Shown: positions 12,861 to 26,123, numbered from the whole stretch's first letter. The stretch: DNA of 60,224 bases, filler included, from Hausera hauseri (GCA_046269625.1; 12 parts of 12 records of this genome joined end to end with filler, not necessarily neighbours in it), one strand, 5' to 3'. Notes: generated from the letters alone by a model not told the origin. Numbers and translations: made by a program.

Positions 12861-15800
12861 TTAGCACCGCCTCTGCAGTTTTTCTGTTAAAAGCTGCATT
12901 GCTCCCCAACAATGATTCACACATCGACTTCCTCATTGATTCAGGAGCTGCCTTTTCGCTCTTTCCCTTGTTCTTCACTCCTACATCCACTATAGTTTCT
13001 TCTCCACCGCTTTTTACTGCCAGTGGTCAACCGTTGCACATCGCAGGTACTAAGGAACTGATTTTCACATTCGCCAACTTACCAGATAAGTTTGTCTGGA
13101 AATTCCACGTGGCTAATATTAAATCCTCATAATCGGCTCAAATTTTCTGGCCGCACATGAACTGCTAGTTGACTGCAAATATCGCTGTCTGCTGCGCAGA
13201 AACTCCGCTGTGGATGCTAACAAATACCTACCAAACAGCCCAGTAGAAACTCCGCTGTTTTCGGCTGTTAACTCGCTTGTGAAATTGAAAACTTGTTCGT
13301 CGGCTAATAATGGTACAGTTAGTAATTCATTCATTTCTTCCATCACATCAATCGTATCTAAGTCGGTTTTAAAACAACCGAGTAAATGGAGAGCTGATGG
13401 TGGCAGTTACGGTTGTTCTTCACCAACACCATCTACTGTCGCTTCTGATGATACGCCTCAATCATTCTCATCGCTGGAATCCAATCTTAAATCCTTCATC
13501 AAAACTTCTTGTTTTCGCACTCTCAAGAAGGACGTCAATTTCCAGTCGCATACTACAACTTATCACCACAGTCACCGAACACCAAAGACCTATCAGACAA
13601 AAGGTCAGACCACTGTCACCTCGTAGGCAAAAAGCCGTTGAATCGGAGTTCAATGAACTCGAACAGTTTGGCATTATTCGAAGATCCAAATCACCATGGG
13701 CTTCACCATTGCATGTACTAACAAAGAAGATGGCACTTACAGTCCATGTGGTGACTATCGGCAGTTAAACAATTTAACAGGCCTGGATGCTTACCCTTTA
13801 CCTTTCATAAAGAACATCATGAACAGTCTTACCAACACTAACACGTTCTCCACAAGTGACTTGCATAAAGCTTATCATCAAATTCCTGTTGCACCTGATG
13901 ATATTTCAAAAACTGCTGTTATTACTCCATTTGGCCTTTATGAATATATCTTTATGCCATTTGGTTTACATAGTGCTTCCCAAACTTTTCAACGACACAT
14001 TGATACCGTCCTCTCAGNNNNNNNNNNTCAGGCCTTGACTTTGCCTCTACATCTGTTAAACAACATCAAGAACACCTTCGTATTACCTTTCACAGACTAC
14101 ATCAAACCAATGTGCAAGTCAACTTCTCCAAATGTCATTTCTTTCAAAAACGTGTAAATTTCCTGGGTCACATCACCACTTCTCACGGCCACTCTCCACA
14201 ACCGGATCGACTACAACAATTGAAAAACATAACGCTACCAACGACTACTACGGATATGAGGAGTTTCGTGGGCACACTCCACTTCATTCACAAATACGTA
14301 CTCATTGTTCTAAGTTTACAGCACCTTTTGCACATTTATTATCCGGAAAAAAGAGGCAATCAATCCATTGGACTCCTGATTTAGTCACCAAATTTGACCA
14401 CCTACGGGAAGGCCTAAAAACCGTCGAAATACTAGCCTATCCAAAGCCCAAAACAGATCTTATATTTACCACCGATGACTCTACCACAGTTACTGATGCA
14501 GTACTACACCAGATTTCTAATGGCATCGACAAACCATTACAATTTTACTCCCGAAAACTTATACAACCCGAAAGCCGTTACTCTACATTTGACCGTGAGT
14601 TACTCGTCATAGTTCTGGCAGTAAAACATTTCAAACACCTATTTCCCTCGCGTCCATTTGTCATTCAAACAGACCACAAGCCTCTCCTGCATATAATCTC
14701 GTTAAAACAGCCATTATAAAGTCAAGAACGACATATATCATACCTGTATACATTCAGTTTTGTTTTACAATACATTTCAGGCACAGACAATTTGGTAGCA
14801 GATTTTCTATCGAGGTCGGTTGGCTCCATTACAGTTGAGCCGATTTTCTCATCCGAAGTCTTAAAGCCAATCAACCGCCTGCTGACTTCCTTAGCTCTTT
14901 CAAATCCTTCGAAATGATTGATGGCATTGCTGTTGATACGTCGAGTTCCGGTAATAAAAAGATCATTTTAACTCCACCTTTACAAAAGCTAGCTTTCCTT
15001 TATACACATTCACTGCATCATCCGGATTCTAAAGCCACCTTTCGCCTGCTTCAACGTCATGTAATTTGGCCATCAATGAGCAAAGATGTACATGACTGGG
15101 TTAAGGAATGTGTAGCCTGTCAAAAATACAAAATCAACAAACACGTTAAACCGCCGCTTTATCATTTCCCTTGTACATCACGTTTTCATACGGTTCATCT
15201 TGATCTCGTTGGTCCTTTACCTTCTGACAATGGATATCAATATATCCTTACAATGATGGATCGTGCTTCTCGCTGGCCTGAAGCCATTCCTCTCCGTTCA
15301 AAGATCACTGATTCAGTAGCTGATGCATTTATAAAAATCTGGATCAGTCGTTTTGGTTCCCAACGTTACAAAAAAACGTATCAAGGTCCACAATTTGAGT
15401 CGAAACTCTTCAAATCACTTGTGAAACGCTTGGGGATATCCCATTTTCATATTACACCATATCATCCTCAAGCAAATGGCCTGCTTGAAAGGTTCCATCG
15501 AACAATGAAGATTTCTTTAAAAATCTTGGCTGACGCTCATCGTAATTGGACGTCTATTCTACAATTTGTTTTACTAGGATGGAACAATACACCCTCTACC
15601 ACTACCGGTTGTGCTCCAGCCGAGGCACTCTTTGGGACTCCAATTCGAGCTTTATTTGAACTTTCTGATCTCGACGACAACCCCACAGACGAAGTCATTC
15701 GTGCAGCACAATCTCACTTCGTCGAGGTCATCTCGGACTCCTTCTGCAGTCTCTCCAACAATAACAATTCGTACATTCCGAAGGATTTGTACACCGCAAA

Positions 15801-16333
15801 GTTTGTGTGGCTGAAAGATCAATCGCCTTCGCGTTTTAAACCTTAATATATTGGTCCATACAAACTGCTGAATCTCTTACCTCATACAGCTACCATCTTA
15901 CGCCAAGACAAACCTTACAACGTTCATATTTCGAATTTGAAGCCTGCTTTCTTCATTGATGACAATTTGGATGTCAATTTTACCTCCAGTTCAAACTCAG
16001 CTTTTACTCCTTCTGGTCTATCCACAAACTTTCTCCACGACTTTGTGCCGTTACAGCAATCACTTTTCTGTCACACTCAATCATCATCATATCATCCTTC
16101 CATCTCGTCTCCCTCCCTGTCATCATCACTACCTACTTCATCTCCATTACCTATATCGACTGTTTCATCACCTTCAATTATATAGCCTTTTGTTTGACTC
16201 ATTTCCTTCATCACCCTCATCAGATTCATTACAAGCAACATCAAGTAAGGCACGCAGAGTGACATTTAGCACATTCAGAAAAGAAAAGTTCTTTGATGGT
16301 ACACAATGCCTGATACATACTAAAAACGATTAG
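12788..16333 (+). pseudogene. pol: pol (PR-RT-RH-INT) of family A copy 2
   Basis: Fragmented ORFs 12692..13132, 13397..13768, 13696..14157, 14132..14719, 14914..15846, then an S/P-rich tail ending KARRVTFS...HTKND. A 10-N gap lies at 14018-14027. Confidence 0.93.
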
Positions 16334-16426
16334 GCGCCCAACATTGTTAATTTGTTGCGATTCATTGTTTTCATTCGTCCTATTCTTATCATTCTTTTCA
16401 CTTTTACATAAATTCTCTTCTGCCAC

Positions 16427-16435
16427 AGGGGGTGA
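16427..16435 (+). promoter_or_regulatory. Putative polypurine tract preceding 3' LTR (TG at 16436)
   Basis: AGGGGGTGA|TGTGATG about 95 nt after the pol stop; no matching 5' LTR found. Confidence 0.55.
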
Positions 16436-16569
16436 TGTGATGCCGTGGTCGCGGATTTAACTCGATAGCTGTAGAACCTATATAACGTCAGATAAAACGA
16501 TACAGTACCAACAGTGTAAAATTATCATAGAGCAAAACAAAATATAACCACGAAGAACTCAAAGATCTT

Positions 16570-16750
16570 CAGTATTGTGACGGCAGAAATCGTGGAAATA
16601 AACGAACCACTTGTCTACGCAAATTCACTATTAAATTCGAAATATCGACTTGATATTGTTAGTGAGTATTAAAAGTCATTTAGTTTTAGCTAATCCCGAA
16701 ACTTGACTATGAAGTTGAAAACGTCGTCCTTATCACCGCAATCAATTAAC
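16570..16750 (+). pseudogene. Possible very decayed cadherin-repeat remnant
   Basis: EIVEINEP ... (LVLANP)KLDYEVENVVLITAI, with a frameshift and a stop. Confidence 0.3.
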
Positions 16751-17733
16751 AGAGATGACAGAGTAAACGCAAATCTTCATTGGTGAGATCAATCAATTCA
16801 TTAAATAAATTACTTCGTTCCAATAATGAAAATGAAAGAACGACTTTGAAATATACAAACAAATTCTCTTCATCGATCTTCTACAATCTGAGTATTGTCG
16901 CTTACTCAGCAATGAGTTCTCAATAGAACAGTTCATACTTTTGTCCAAAGTAAAGGAAATGGATAAATCGCTATCAGTCGATGATGAACCCCTATCACGT
17001 GAATTTAGGAAAAGTAGTTCAGTTGGCAGACGTTTATATCTAGTAAATTTGGATATACCATTACATGCCTTTAATCTAGCTCCATCGAACTCAGCAAAGG
17101 GATAAAAAAATCAGACTCCTCGCAAATGACGAAAGTAGGGAAAAGAGGTGCATGTCGTGCAGCTCGTTTCAACCAAAATTGTTACGTCATTTCATACTTT
17201 TACGACTTTCCCTTCTAGCAGGCAGAATATATAAATAATATTAAAAATATAGACAGATGTACTTGTTATTGATTGTTATATACAGATTTTGTCTTTTGTA
17301 AATAAATATAACTGTATAAAAAATTGAAAAATGATTATTGATAAAGAATTTTTGAATCTAAAAAATAAAACTTGTTAATCGGCCCTTTCTTGTGGATTTA
17401 TTATAACTGTGGATTTATTTTACCCTTCACATGAAATTAAAATCATTGTTGTTAATAATGAAAGTTATTGAATTATAGAAAATTTTGATGACACTGATTT
17501 CTGACTTGATTTATGCGATTATGTAGGTCAGTTTTCAAAAGGTATGAAAATTAAGATTGATGAGCCATATTGATAGGAGAATGTGGTGCCCACGGCGGCC
17601 GGCGCCCTCTGGCCCATTCGGTTGGGCGCGGTTGGGCCTCCGTCGCCGGCACGTCGGGCCCATAGTCGAGCCCGATTTTACTCCTCCAAAGAGTATCCAT
17701 CATACCAAGGTTCATCGCATTCCTTTGTTGTTT

Positions 17734-17833
17734 NNNNNNNNNNNNNNNNNNNNNNNNNNNNNNNNNNNNNNNNNNNNTTAATTAATTAANNNNNNNNNNN
17801 NNNNNNNNNNNNNNNNNNNNNNNNNNNNNNNNN
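17734..17833. other. Artificial contig spacer
   Basis: 44 N + TTAATTAATTAA + 44 N. Confidence 0.99.
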
Positions 17834-19057
17834 CATCATAAAAACGGCATAAATCCTGTTGCTAGATGTGGCGCAATATTAATTGCAAATTGCGTTCCTT
17901 CCAAAAATTCATCCCAATCTTTTTGGTCCTTAGCCACTACTGTTGACAGTATACGTATGACGGTAGCATTCATCCATTCGACCATTCCGTTACATTGAGG
18001 ATGATATGCAGTAGTTGTTAATCGTTCGATTTCGAATATCTTAGTGATTTCCTCGAATAGTTCGCTGGTGAAATTTTTTCCTCGATCTGTGGGTATCTGT
18101 TCTGGGGGCCCGTATTGGCAAATAATCTTTCTTACTACGGCTTCTACTAAAGTCTCGGCCTTTTGATCTATCAATGCTATCAACTCGACAAAATGAGTTA
18201 GGCGATCGATACACGTCAAGATATACCTATTGTTCTTGTGAGTCGTAGGAAGAGGTCGTACGAATCCATTCACATGGCTTGCATGGGCCTGTCGGGTACA
18301 TCAATTGGTTTCAATTTGGACATATAATTTTTCGTCTTCTTTTGTTTAGTCGCACATACTTCACAGGTGTTTATCCAATTTTTCACATCAATATAGATAC
18401 TAGGCCAAAATTATTTATTCATTATTCTTTCTAATGTTTTTTCCAAGACATATGTCCGGCTAAGTATGAATCATGTTTTGACATTAGTACTTCAGTTCGT
18501 ATACTTTTGGGATAACTATCAATTTTCTTTTTTTCCCTTCGTAATATAAGGTGTCTCTTTCGCTCTCGTCATTTAAGACATAATATTTGTGTCCATGCCT
18601 GTGTAAATGTTTCTTTAACTGTCGTCCTTTTGATGTAATATCCCTTTCAGTAAATTCTATAATCTGCTGGATAACTTTATCCTTTCTCTGCTCTGTTGAA
18701 ATCTTGATGGCCCTATCTATTGTTAACGCGCGTTGGCGGTTTATTATCTCCTCAAGTTGACTTTTCTTCATTACAGTAATTGCGCTTGTTTTAGTCTTTA
18801 ATCTTGATAGTGCATCTGCGTCTACATGTTTGTTCCCTGCCTTATATTGAAATTCAATGTTGTAACTTGATATTTCCTTGATCCATCTGTTAAGTCTGCA
18901 TGTAGGGTTATCTACTCGCCCTTTTAAGGTTTTGACGGCCTTGTGGTCCGTGACAATTATAATTTTCTACCCATATACATAAACACTAAAATGTCGAAGT
19001 GCTTCTTTTACAGCTAGAGTTTCTAATTGGGTAACAGAATAATTTTTCTCGACCTTC
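17834..19057 (-). pseudogene. pol: Family B RNase H C-half + integrase (copy with internal deletion)
   Basis: Collinear with 27524-28750: EKNYS..LETLAVKEAL, TDHKAV, HVDADALSR, PTTHKNN..DRLTHFVEL, YHPQCNGMVE. Homology to pol stops abruptly at 19057. Confidence 0.92.
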
Positions 19058-19899
19058 TACTACTACATCGTAGCGATTCATCATTTCCTTTTTTATAAAT
19101 TTTAGTCCATGCTGATCCGAGATTAATATAGTAGGTGTAGGGTGTTCCGATACATCTTCGCGTGTCCTTGAATTAGTCTCCGATTTGTCTACATATTGTT
19201 TCCAGGTGGTTTCATTAAACTTTAGCTCCTTAATTTTGATAAAGTTACAGCTTCTTCCAGAGGGAGATTCCCATATTATAACAGAACTTCTAAAAGCACA
19301 GGATTCGTCTTGTAAGTAGCATTTCTGATTCTCAGTGTGTAACTTAGTAACACTATGAAATATTACCTTCTGTAATCGCATTTCTGATTCGAAGAAATTC
19401 ACAACTATCACATTTGGTTCTAATCCTTTTCCGGTATCGTATTCTGCTCCATTACAATGTTCGCTATGCATATTCAGCCTTCCAGCTACTACTTTGTATG
19501 CTCTGATTATCTTCCCTGGTTGCATTTCTAATTTCATATTGTCCCATTGTACTCTTCCAGACTCTTTAGCTTGTTTGCAGTGTTGGCGTTGTAAATTCAT
19601 TGGAATTAGTGGAGTAGTTGGCTTGATTATGGAGTAATGTCCGTGTATTAGTCCACAGTGGAAGATACTATGTGATCGTCTCAACATGCACTCCATTCCG
19701 TCTAACGATATCAATTCTTGCTGTTTGATACAGGAAGTAACTTTTCTCTCGTTTCCAATTTGTGCGGTCGGACATCCTCGCATACTTCCAGGTCTATTAA
19801 GGAATATCTCTGTCCTAATTTAAACTTATCGCAATCATAGACGGTTACCGCGCTAATGTGCTTCATTAGCATCATTAAGGCAAGCAAGGTAATTAGCCA
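19058..19899 (-). pseudogene. env: Class III (chuvirus/herpes gB-like) envelope glycoprotein, signal + N-terminal half
   Basis: WLITLLALMMLMKHISA|VTVYDC...YSLIDLEVC...EC.L.RS..IFHCG..GH...C..A..SG...C.GAEY...CYLQDESC....IIW......C. This Cys/motif pattern is typical of chuvirus-like glycoproteins. Frameshift at ~19735. Confidence 0.75.
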
Positions 19900-21759
19900 A
19901 TTTGATTCATTTTTTCGACCTCCTACGTCTGACGTTGTCAGGCTACGTAACATATAGTCGAGTTTATTGTTGTTTCGTTTGTCTTTTTCCTTGTCAAATA
20001 GTCTTGCCCAATTTACTTCGTCAGGCATTCTTGCTGCTTTCCGTGCTAAGCTTATAGCCCTATTGATCTCATTCTCTTGATTAGGATTGATTTTGATAGC
20101 TAAATATAGTAATACTTTTCTCAATTCTTCATTCGTGTTTTCTACCACGATCTTTTCTATTACTGACTCGCCGGATAAGTTACTTTTTGATAGTTTGAAA
20201 CGTGAACTTCTAATCATTTTGGCTGCATCGAAAATTATCTTTTCTTTATCATCCATCACATCTCGAAAACTAGAATAATTCACAATTCATATTAAATTTT
20301 TCATTAATTCGTTTAATTCCTCGTTGTCTGGGCTAAGAGTCGGAATCGACATCTGTCTCAATTCTCTAATTAATTCTCCGTTGTAATCCACTTCTTCTCG
20401 CATTTTTCTATGTCTGCCTACCGGGCGTTTTGGTCTTGGACCCTTAGCGGTTATTTGACTCAGTGGTACTAAATTTGTGTCGTATTGTTCCTTATATTCG
20501 TCTGTTTGTAAATACTCAAAATATAGTGCAGCGTCTCGAACTCCCATGATTTGTCCTACGCATTGTTCTGTTTTGGCTTTATGTGTAGCTTCTTCTTTTG
20601 TCTGTTTGTTAGCTATTACTACTATTATCCAATATGTTTCGTCAGGAATAATCCCAACGTCTGTTAGTTGTTCTAGGTCATCGAGTATTCTACCTCTAAA
20701 ATAAAATCTGTAGTTTAACTCGTTCGTTCCACCATTGTTTACTACCCATTCTCTTACGTCCTTTACGTAGGAGTATGTAGTCAACTCGCATTCTTTTTCG
20801 TCCATCCATTCGGATGACACCATTACCTTCATCGTCACCACAGGTTTAGCCCTCAAGATTTTAACGCAATTCCTTATCAAAAGTTTCGGCACCGCACTAT
20901 AAATCGTGTTTTCGCTAGATAATTTAGTTAAAGTTGGAATAAATTGTCCTAATTTATTCTCAGTAATATTTACATTAATTAGTTCAATCAAATCCCTTTC
21001 AGTTAGCGCTGAATACAGTAGTATATCCACATTGAATCTCCTGTTCTGCGGACATATTTCTATTGCGTTTAGTTGTACTGCAGTTATAGGTTTTCCGGCA
21101 AGTATTGCGTCGAAGTATGCATCCCATTCGGATTCATTTCCGGCATCCGGAAGTCGATCGTCCGCTAAAGCCGTATTGGCTCTTTGAATATTTTCCTTAA
21201 TTTCCTTTAATCTAGGCTGTATTTCTTTCATTTGCGTACTTCGGAAACCTGCTCCGTTTCCACAGGCATACTGTATCATTTTCAGTAATTCGCTTAATTC
21301 GTTCGGGCCGACCAGCCCTTTCTGGTGATAATCTGTCAATTCAAGGATCACATCCTTTTGCCATCTTTGTACGAATTCTCGTTTATTCTTAATCTCTAAT
21401 TCGGTAAAAGCATATTTGTTTCGATAGACTTCGAGCTCCTTTGTTATTTTCTCTAACTTTGTTGCTTTTTGTTTCGTCTTGATACATATTTCTTCTACTT
21501 TCTGTATCTTAGGCATCAATTGCATCATCTGTTCATCACTGATTTCTGCCATTTCCACCAATAAATAGGCTAACTCATACAGCTCATTTATAACCTTTGA
21601 ATCAGGGTCTACTGCGTCCGATAATTTCTTTACTAACTTGTATTCCTGAAAACTAAAATGTGGGTCGTTCCCTATTTCTATCAACTTGGTATGGAAATTC
21701 TGATCTGATCCGGCCATCCATTCTTGAGGTTTGTGCAAAAACTTTATTGCGTTTGTCAA
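19900..21759 (-). pseudogene. Family B N-terminal polyprotein segment: helical/coiled region + internal ubiquitin-like domain (20614-20832)
   Basis: ORFs 20287..21759 and 19711..20283 share a frame, separated only by TGA at 20287-20289. UBL: MKVMV...VKDVR...YRFYFRGRILDDLEQLTDVGIIPDETYWIIV. Confidence 0.65.
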
Positions 21760-21889
21760 CGTATCTCGATGCCCTGGATAAATGTCCAGTATTTCAATGT
21801 CTTGTGCAAAATTTCGTTGATTGGTTTTCCTGTTAAGTATTGTACTACTTCTAGTCGAACAATCTTTAACTTTGAGTTCACATCATAAA

Positions 21890-22687
21890 TCATATTCCGT
21901 TTTCCGTAAAATTCGTCTCTTCGATCAGTTTGTATATTTTCTCCATCATCAACGCTTCTCGTTCCCTTTCCGTAAATTTTAGTTGTCGTAGCGCTTCGAA
22001 TTGAGTACGGATGTCGGTTTCTATCCGTATTGTGCCAAGGTCATGCGCACTTTCTTCTAAATGTTTTATTACCGTTGGTTCGCTTTGTGGAAATTCTGTT
22101 TTGCGGTCTTCTACCAATTTGCTTAATCGCGTTATTAATTCGTACCATTCCGACAATTGATTTGCGATGATTGGTTTTGCTGTTATAGCTCTATCTAACA
22201 TCTTATGTACATCTCTTAACTCATCGTTCGGCCCTCTTAGAAAGTTCATAATCCGGGCGATATAATTAAACTCGTTTTTATACTCGTCCAATTCTACTAT
22301 ACAAGCCTTTATTACGTATTGAGTATCCTCGTTGTTTGGGAACATAATTCTCAAAAATTCGTTAAACCCGTCCGGATCTCTGTCATATGCCGGCAGGTTT
22401 AGGGAATCGAACGTGAAAATTTCCAGCTTCTGCGCTACTGGTGGATTATCTGCTGCTATATTATTTACGTTTTTTAGCTCTAAATTTGCTTTATTTACTT
22501 TAGGTTTCTCAAGTGTAATTTTAAACTGTTTATTTTGCATGACAACTTTTAGTTTGTTTCTATTCTCGGAGTTTGAACGTTTATCTACTTTTTCTGTTTC
22601 TCTATATATGTTTCGACGTGTCTCACGTATAGGTGAATTGTCCTTTAGTATATGATTTATTCCTGACCTATCAATGTTTGTTCTCTA
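21890..22687 (-). pseudogene. Putative Gag/capsid-like ORF of family B
   Basis: LNLPAYDRDPDGFNEFL resembles the LP.FDG.P....EF motif at the start of LTR-retrotransposon capsid domains. The frame is open about 50 codons upstream of ATG 22540. Confidence 0.45.
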
Positions 22688-22725
22688 TTAAGTTTTGCTT
22701 ACTTATTCCCGTAAAAATAGCCTAT

Positions 22726-22825
22726 NNNNNNNNNNNNNNNNNNNNNNNNNNNNNNNNNNNNNNNNNNNNTTAATTAATTAANNNNNNNNNNNNNNNNNNN
22801 NNNNNNNNNNNNNNNNNNNNNNNNN
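22726..22825. other. Artificial contig spacer
   Basis: 44 N + TTAATTAATTAA + 44 N. Confidence 0.99.
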
Positions 22826-23245
22826 AAGACTACAAATGCTGTCTCATACGTGAAACTTTACGAGCAATATAAACAACACCTGAATCAGTTTTATCAGTCT
22901 AACACCAAAAAGATGATTCAGCCTATTTCATCAAATAATCTGATGTTGCAACCAAATGACCAAATGGAAAAATGCAATGCGGCCAAATTCAACCAAATTA
23001 CATTCTATATCTGGTGAAGTTGTAAAACGGCAGAAAAGGTCAAATTCTCTGACTTTTACAATCAGCATGAAATACATCTTGTGCCATTTCAGATATTCAA
23101 GAAAACTAATATTTTCAGAGATGCCCTCAAGGATCAGCCGCCAACCGCAACAATACGCAGCAGGAAAGCCAAATGTTAGTCTCAAGCAATACCAGCGACA
23201 ACGAGTAACAAGAATATTAGAATACGAACGGCCGATACACATGCA

Positions 23246-26123
23246 ATGAACAGAAAGGTGAATATTTTCAATATGAATGCAAGTGAAGATGACCATGACA
23301 TCACGAATTTCCTCAACAATAACAAATCGGAAGTTGAAGGCATTATTAGAGATGAACTGCAACGTCTCAATGGAATAAAAGTCAATCTGTTTCGGAAGTC
23401 CCTGTATTCAAATATAGATGGAGAAATTTCTCAACGAACCTTTAAAATAAAGAGTAAGGCAGTATTATTGGATATGGACATCAGTGAATTTCTCGAAACG
23501 GACTACCAAAAAATAATCAACGAGGCTGATGAAAGTGAGTCCAAAAAAGCAGATGTACTCTGTCGGCATTCAGAAAACTCAGTGTTAGGGTAAACAAATA
23601 CTCACCAATCATAGGATCCTTGTATGTACCGTTGCCAAACTGGATTGTGAAAACAAAAGCATGTATCAACGTGCAAAACTACTATGATCAGCAGTGCTTC
23701 AAATACGCAGTATTAACGAAACTGCTTGTAGATCAAAATAAAAATCACCCACATCGAGTAGCAAGGTATGAAACCCGTACACATTCATGATTTTTTATGC
23801 ATACAATATTCCCAAATGTACATGAAATTAAGAATTTTGAAAAGGTAAATAATATGCCAATTAATGTATTTTCCATGATGAAATCAATAAAATATATCCT
23901 ATGAAAGTGTGCAAGAATGAATATGATGAACACAGGTACATGTTGTTACTCATCAGTGGTGAAACAAATCATTTTGTCTATATACAAAACTTGGAACATT
24001 TAGTGAAATCACAAATTACCGGACACCACGAACGAAGTTATATTTGTAATAGATGTCTGACACACTTTGATAATCAAACTAAACTGTAGAACCACAAAAT
24101 TTATTGGAATAGCAAACAAGCACTTCGACCGGATTTTCTGATTGAAGACAATATAGAATTTAAGGAATATGAAAGACGCATTCGAGTACCGTCGTAATTT
24201 ACTGCGACTTCGAATCCATCTTGAGGCCAGATTGTACATGTAATCCAAGTAATGACAGATCGAGCACAACAACCACTCACATACATGAGCCTATGTTGTT
24301 TCCAAAGGGCTACAGCGATAAACTTATCCTTTACAGAGGACAGAATGCTGAATCAATTTTCATGAGTGAATTGAAACGGATCTCATGGAAGTAGAAAAAT
24401 ACCAGAAAAACCAATAGAAATCGATAGAAATGATAACGAGTGGCATGAACAGCGTCAGTGTGTTACCTGTGTGAAAAACAGTTTATTGAAAAAAATTATA
24501 AAGTCGATGACTACTACCAATTTTCAGGAAAATACCGCGGTGCAGCCTACCATAATTGCAACTTGAGACGTAGGGGCATTCGGTTCATTCCAGTAGTATT
24601 TCATAATTTGTCGGGTTACGATTCACTCTTTTTCGTTTGAGAATTAGGTAAACCACAGGGTCCAACATCCTTCATTCCACATAACGAAGAACGGTAAATT
24701 ACGTTTACAAAACATTCCGGAAAAATTGAGCTGAGGTTCGTAGATAGTTTTAAATTTATGAACAGCAGCCTGGATGAACTGACAAGGAATATGCCCGATG
24801 ATTCTTTCAAGGAGACAATGAAATACTGCCAATGATCAGTTGTTTAATTTTGTTAGAAGAAAAGGAGTGCTTCCATAAGAGTACATAAGTGATTAGGATA
24901 ATCTCAATGAAATATCGCTGCAGGCAAAAGAATGTTTCTACAGCACTATATATCAATCAAACATAACATATGGAGATTATGAGCATGCTCAAGCAGTCTG
25001 GCATGCGTTAAAATGTCAGACAGTACACTAGCATATCGACATTTATTTGAAAACAGATGTCCTATTACTGACTGATGTGTTTGAACGGTTTCAGGATGTA
25101 ACGGTAGCATCATATAAAGTAGACTCGGCTCACTATTTTGCAGCACCATGACTCATATGGAGTGCAATGTTGAAAGGACGTTTATAAGGATGGAAATTAT
25201 CAAATATTACGACATGATTCTCATGCTGGAGCAAGGAATTAGAGGAGGATTACGTCAGGTTGTACACCGATAGGCTGAAGTCAACAATAAATACATGAAT
25301 GAAATGTACAATGAAAGCCGGAAATCAATGTACACATCTTACTTGGACGCCAACAACTTGTATGATTGGGCTATGTCACATTATTTACCGTGCGCAGACT
25401 TCAAATAGACCGAACGGAACGGTGAAGACATTGATATACTCAGCATCTGTCCAACAGCCGATACTGGATACATTTTTGAGGTGGACATTGAATATCTTGA
25501 GAGCTTACACGGGCATAGTGATCAACTACCATTTTTATCGGAAATAGTTAATGCTCCAGACAGTAAAAATAAGAAACTAATACCTCATATTGGAAATCGA
25601 CGGAGATGTGGTCTATTACATATTCCTTCAACAAGCCATACAACATGGACTGAAGGTCGTTAAAATCCACAGAAAAATTCAGTTTAACCAATCTCCACGA
25701 CTACAGTCATATATAGAGTTTAATAAAGAATTTAGAATAGTAGCCACTAATGCCTTTGAAAAAGACCAGTATAAGCTGTACAACAATGCCGTATTCGGGA
25801 AAACAGTGGAGAATATTAGAAACCGAATGCAGATTGAACTGGTCAATGAATGGAAACGGGCCAAAAAGCTTTTCGCGAAGTCAAATTTTCTGCACTCTCA
25901 GATCTACACAGAAAATCTCATCGGTATTCACATGTTGAAAACTCGCTTGGAGTTTAGTAAACCAATTTATGTCGGCATGTGCACACTGGATCTAAGCAAA
26001 ATACTGATATATGATTTTTATTACAATGTTAAGATTTCGAAGTTTGGTTTGGTTCTATTGCAGCTATTGTACATGGATACTGATTCATTGGTGTACAGAA
26101 TATGTAGTGTGCCAAGAAAATAA
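23246..26123 (+). pseudogene. polB: Polinton/Maverick (adintovirus-type) protein-primed family B DNA polymerase, decayed
   Basis: INVQN..QCFKYAV, ICNRCL.HF, YCDFES, GKYRGAA..NCNL, FHNLSGYDS, FVDSFKFM.SSL, GIRGG, YLDANNLY.WAM, KLYNNAVFGKT.EN.R.R, KPIYVG, LLYMDTDS. Confidence 0.92.

Larger units (their letters stand above)
11528..16435 (+). mobile_element. Family A (CsRN1-like Ty3/Gypsy) near-complete internal region, decayed
   Basis: UBL-gag, CHCC fingers, PR (FLIDSGA), RT (PCGDYR, YHQIPV, MPFGL), RH (YSTFDRELL, TDHKPL), INT (HLDLVGPLP, YHPQANGLLERFHR, GPY), then a polypurine tract. Confidence 0.95.

Noticed and set aside
12457-12990. Antisense ORFs overlapping gag/pol (also 57270..57629, 20906..21187 and others)
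   Set aside because: Shadow frames of recognised coding regions, with no motifs and no evident conservation between copies.
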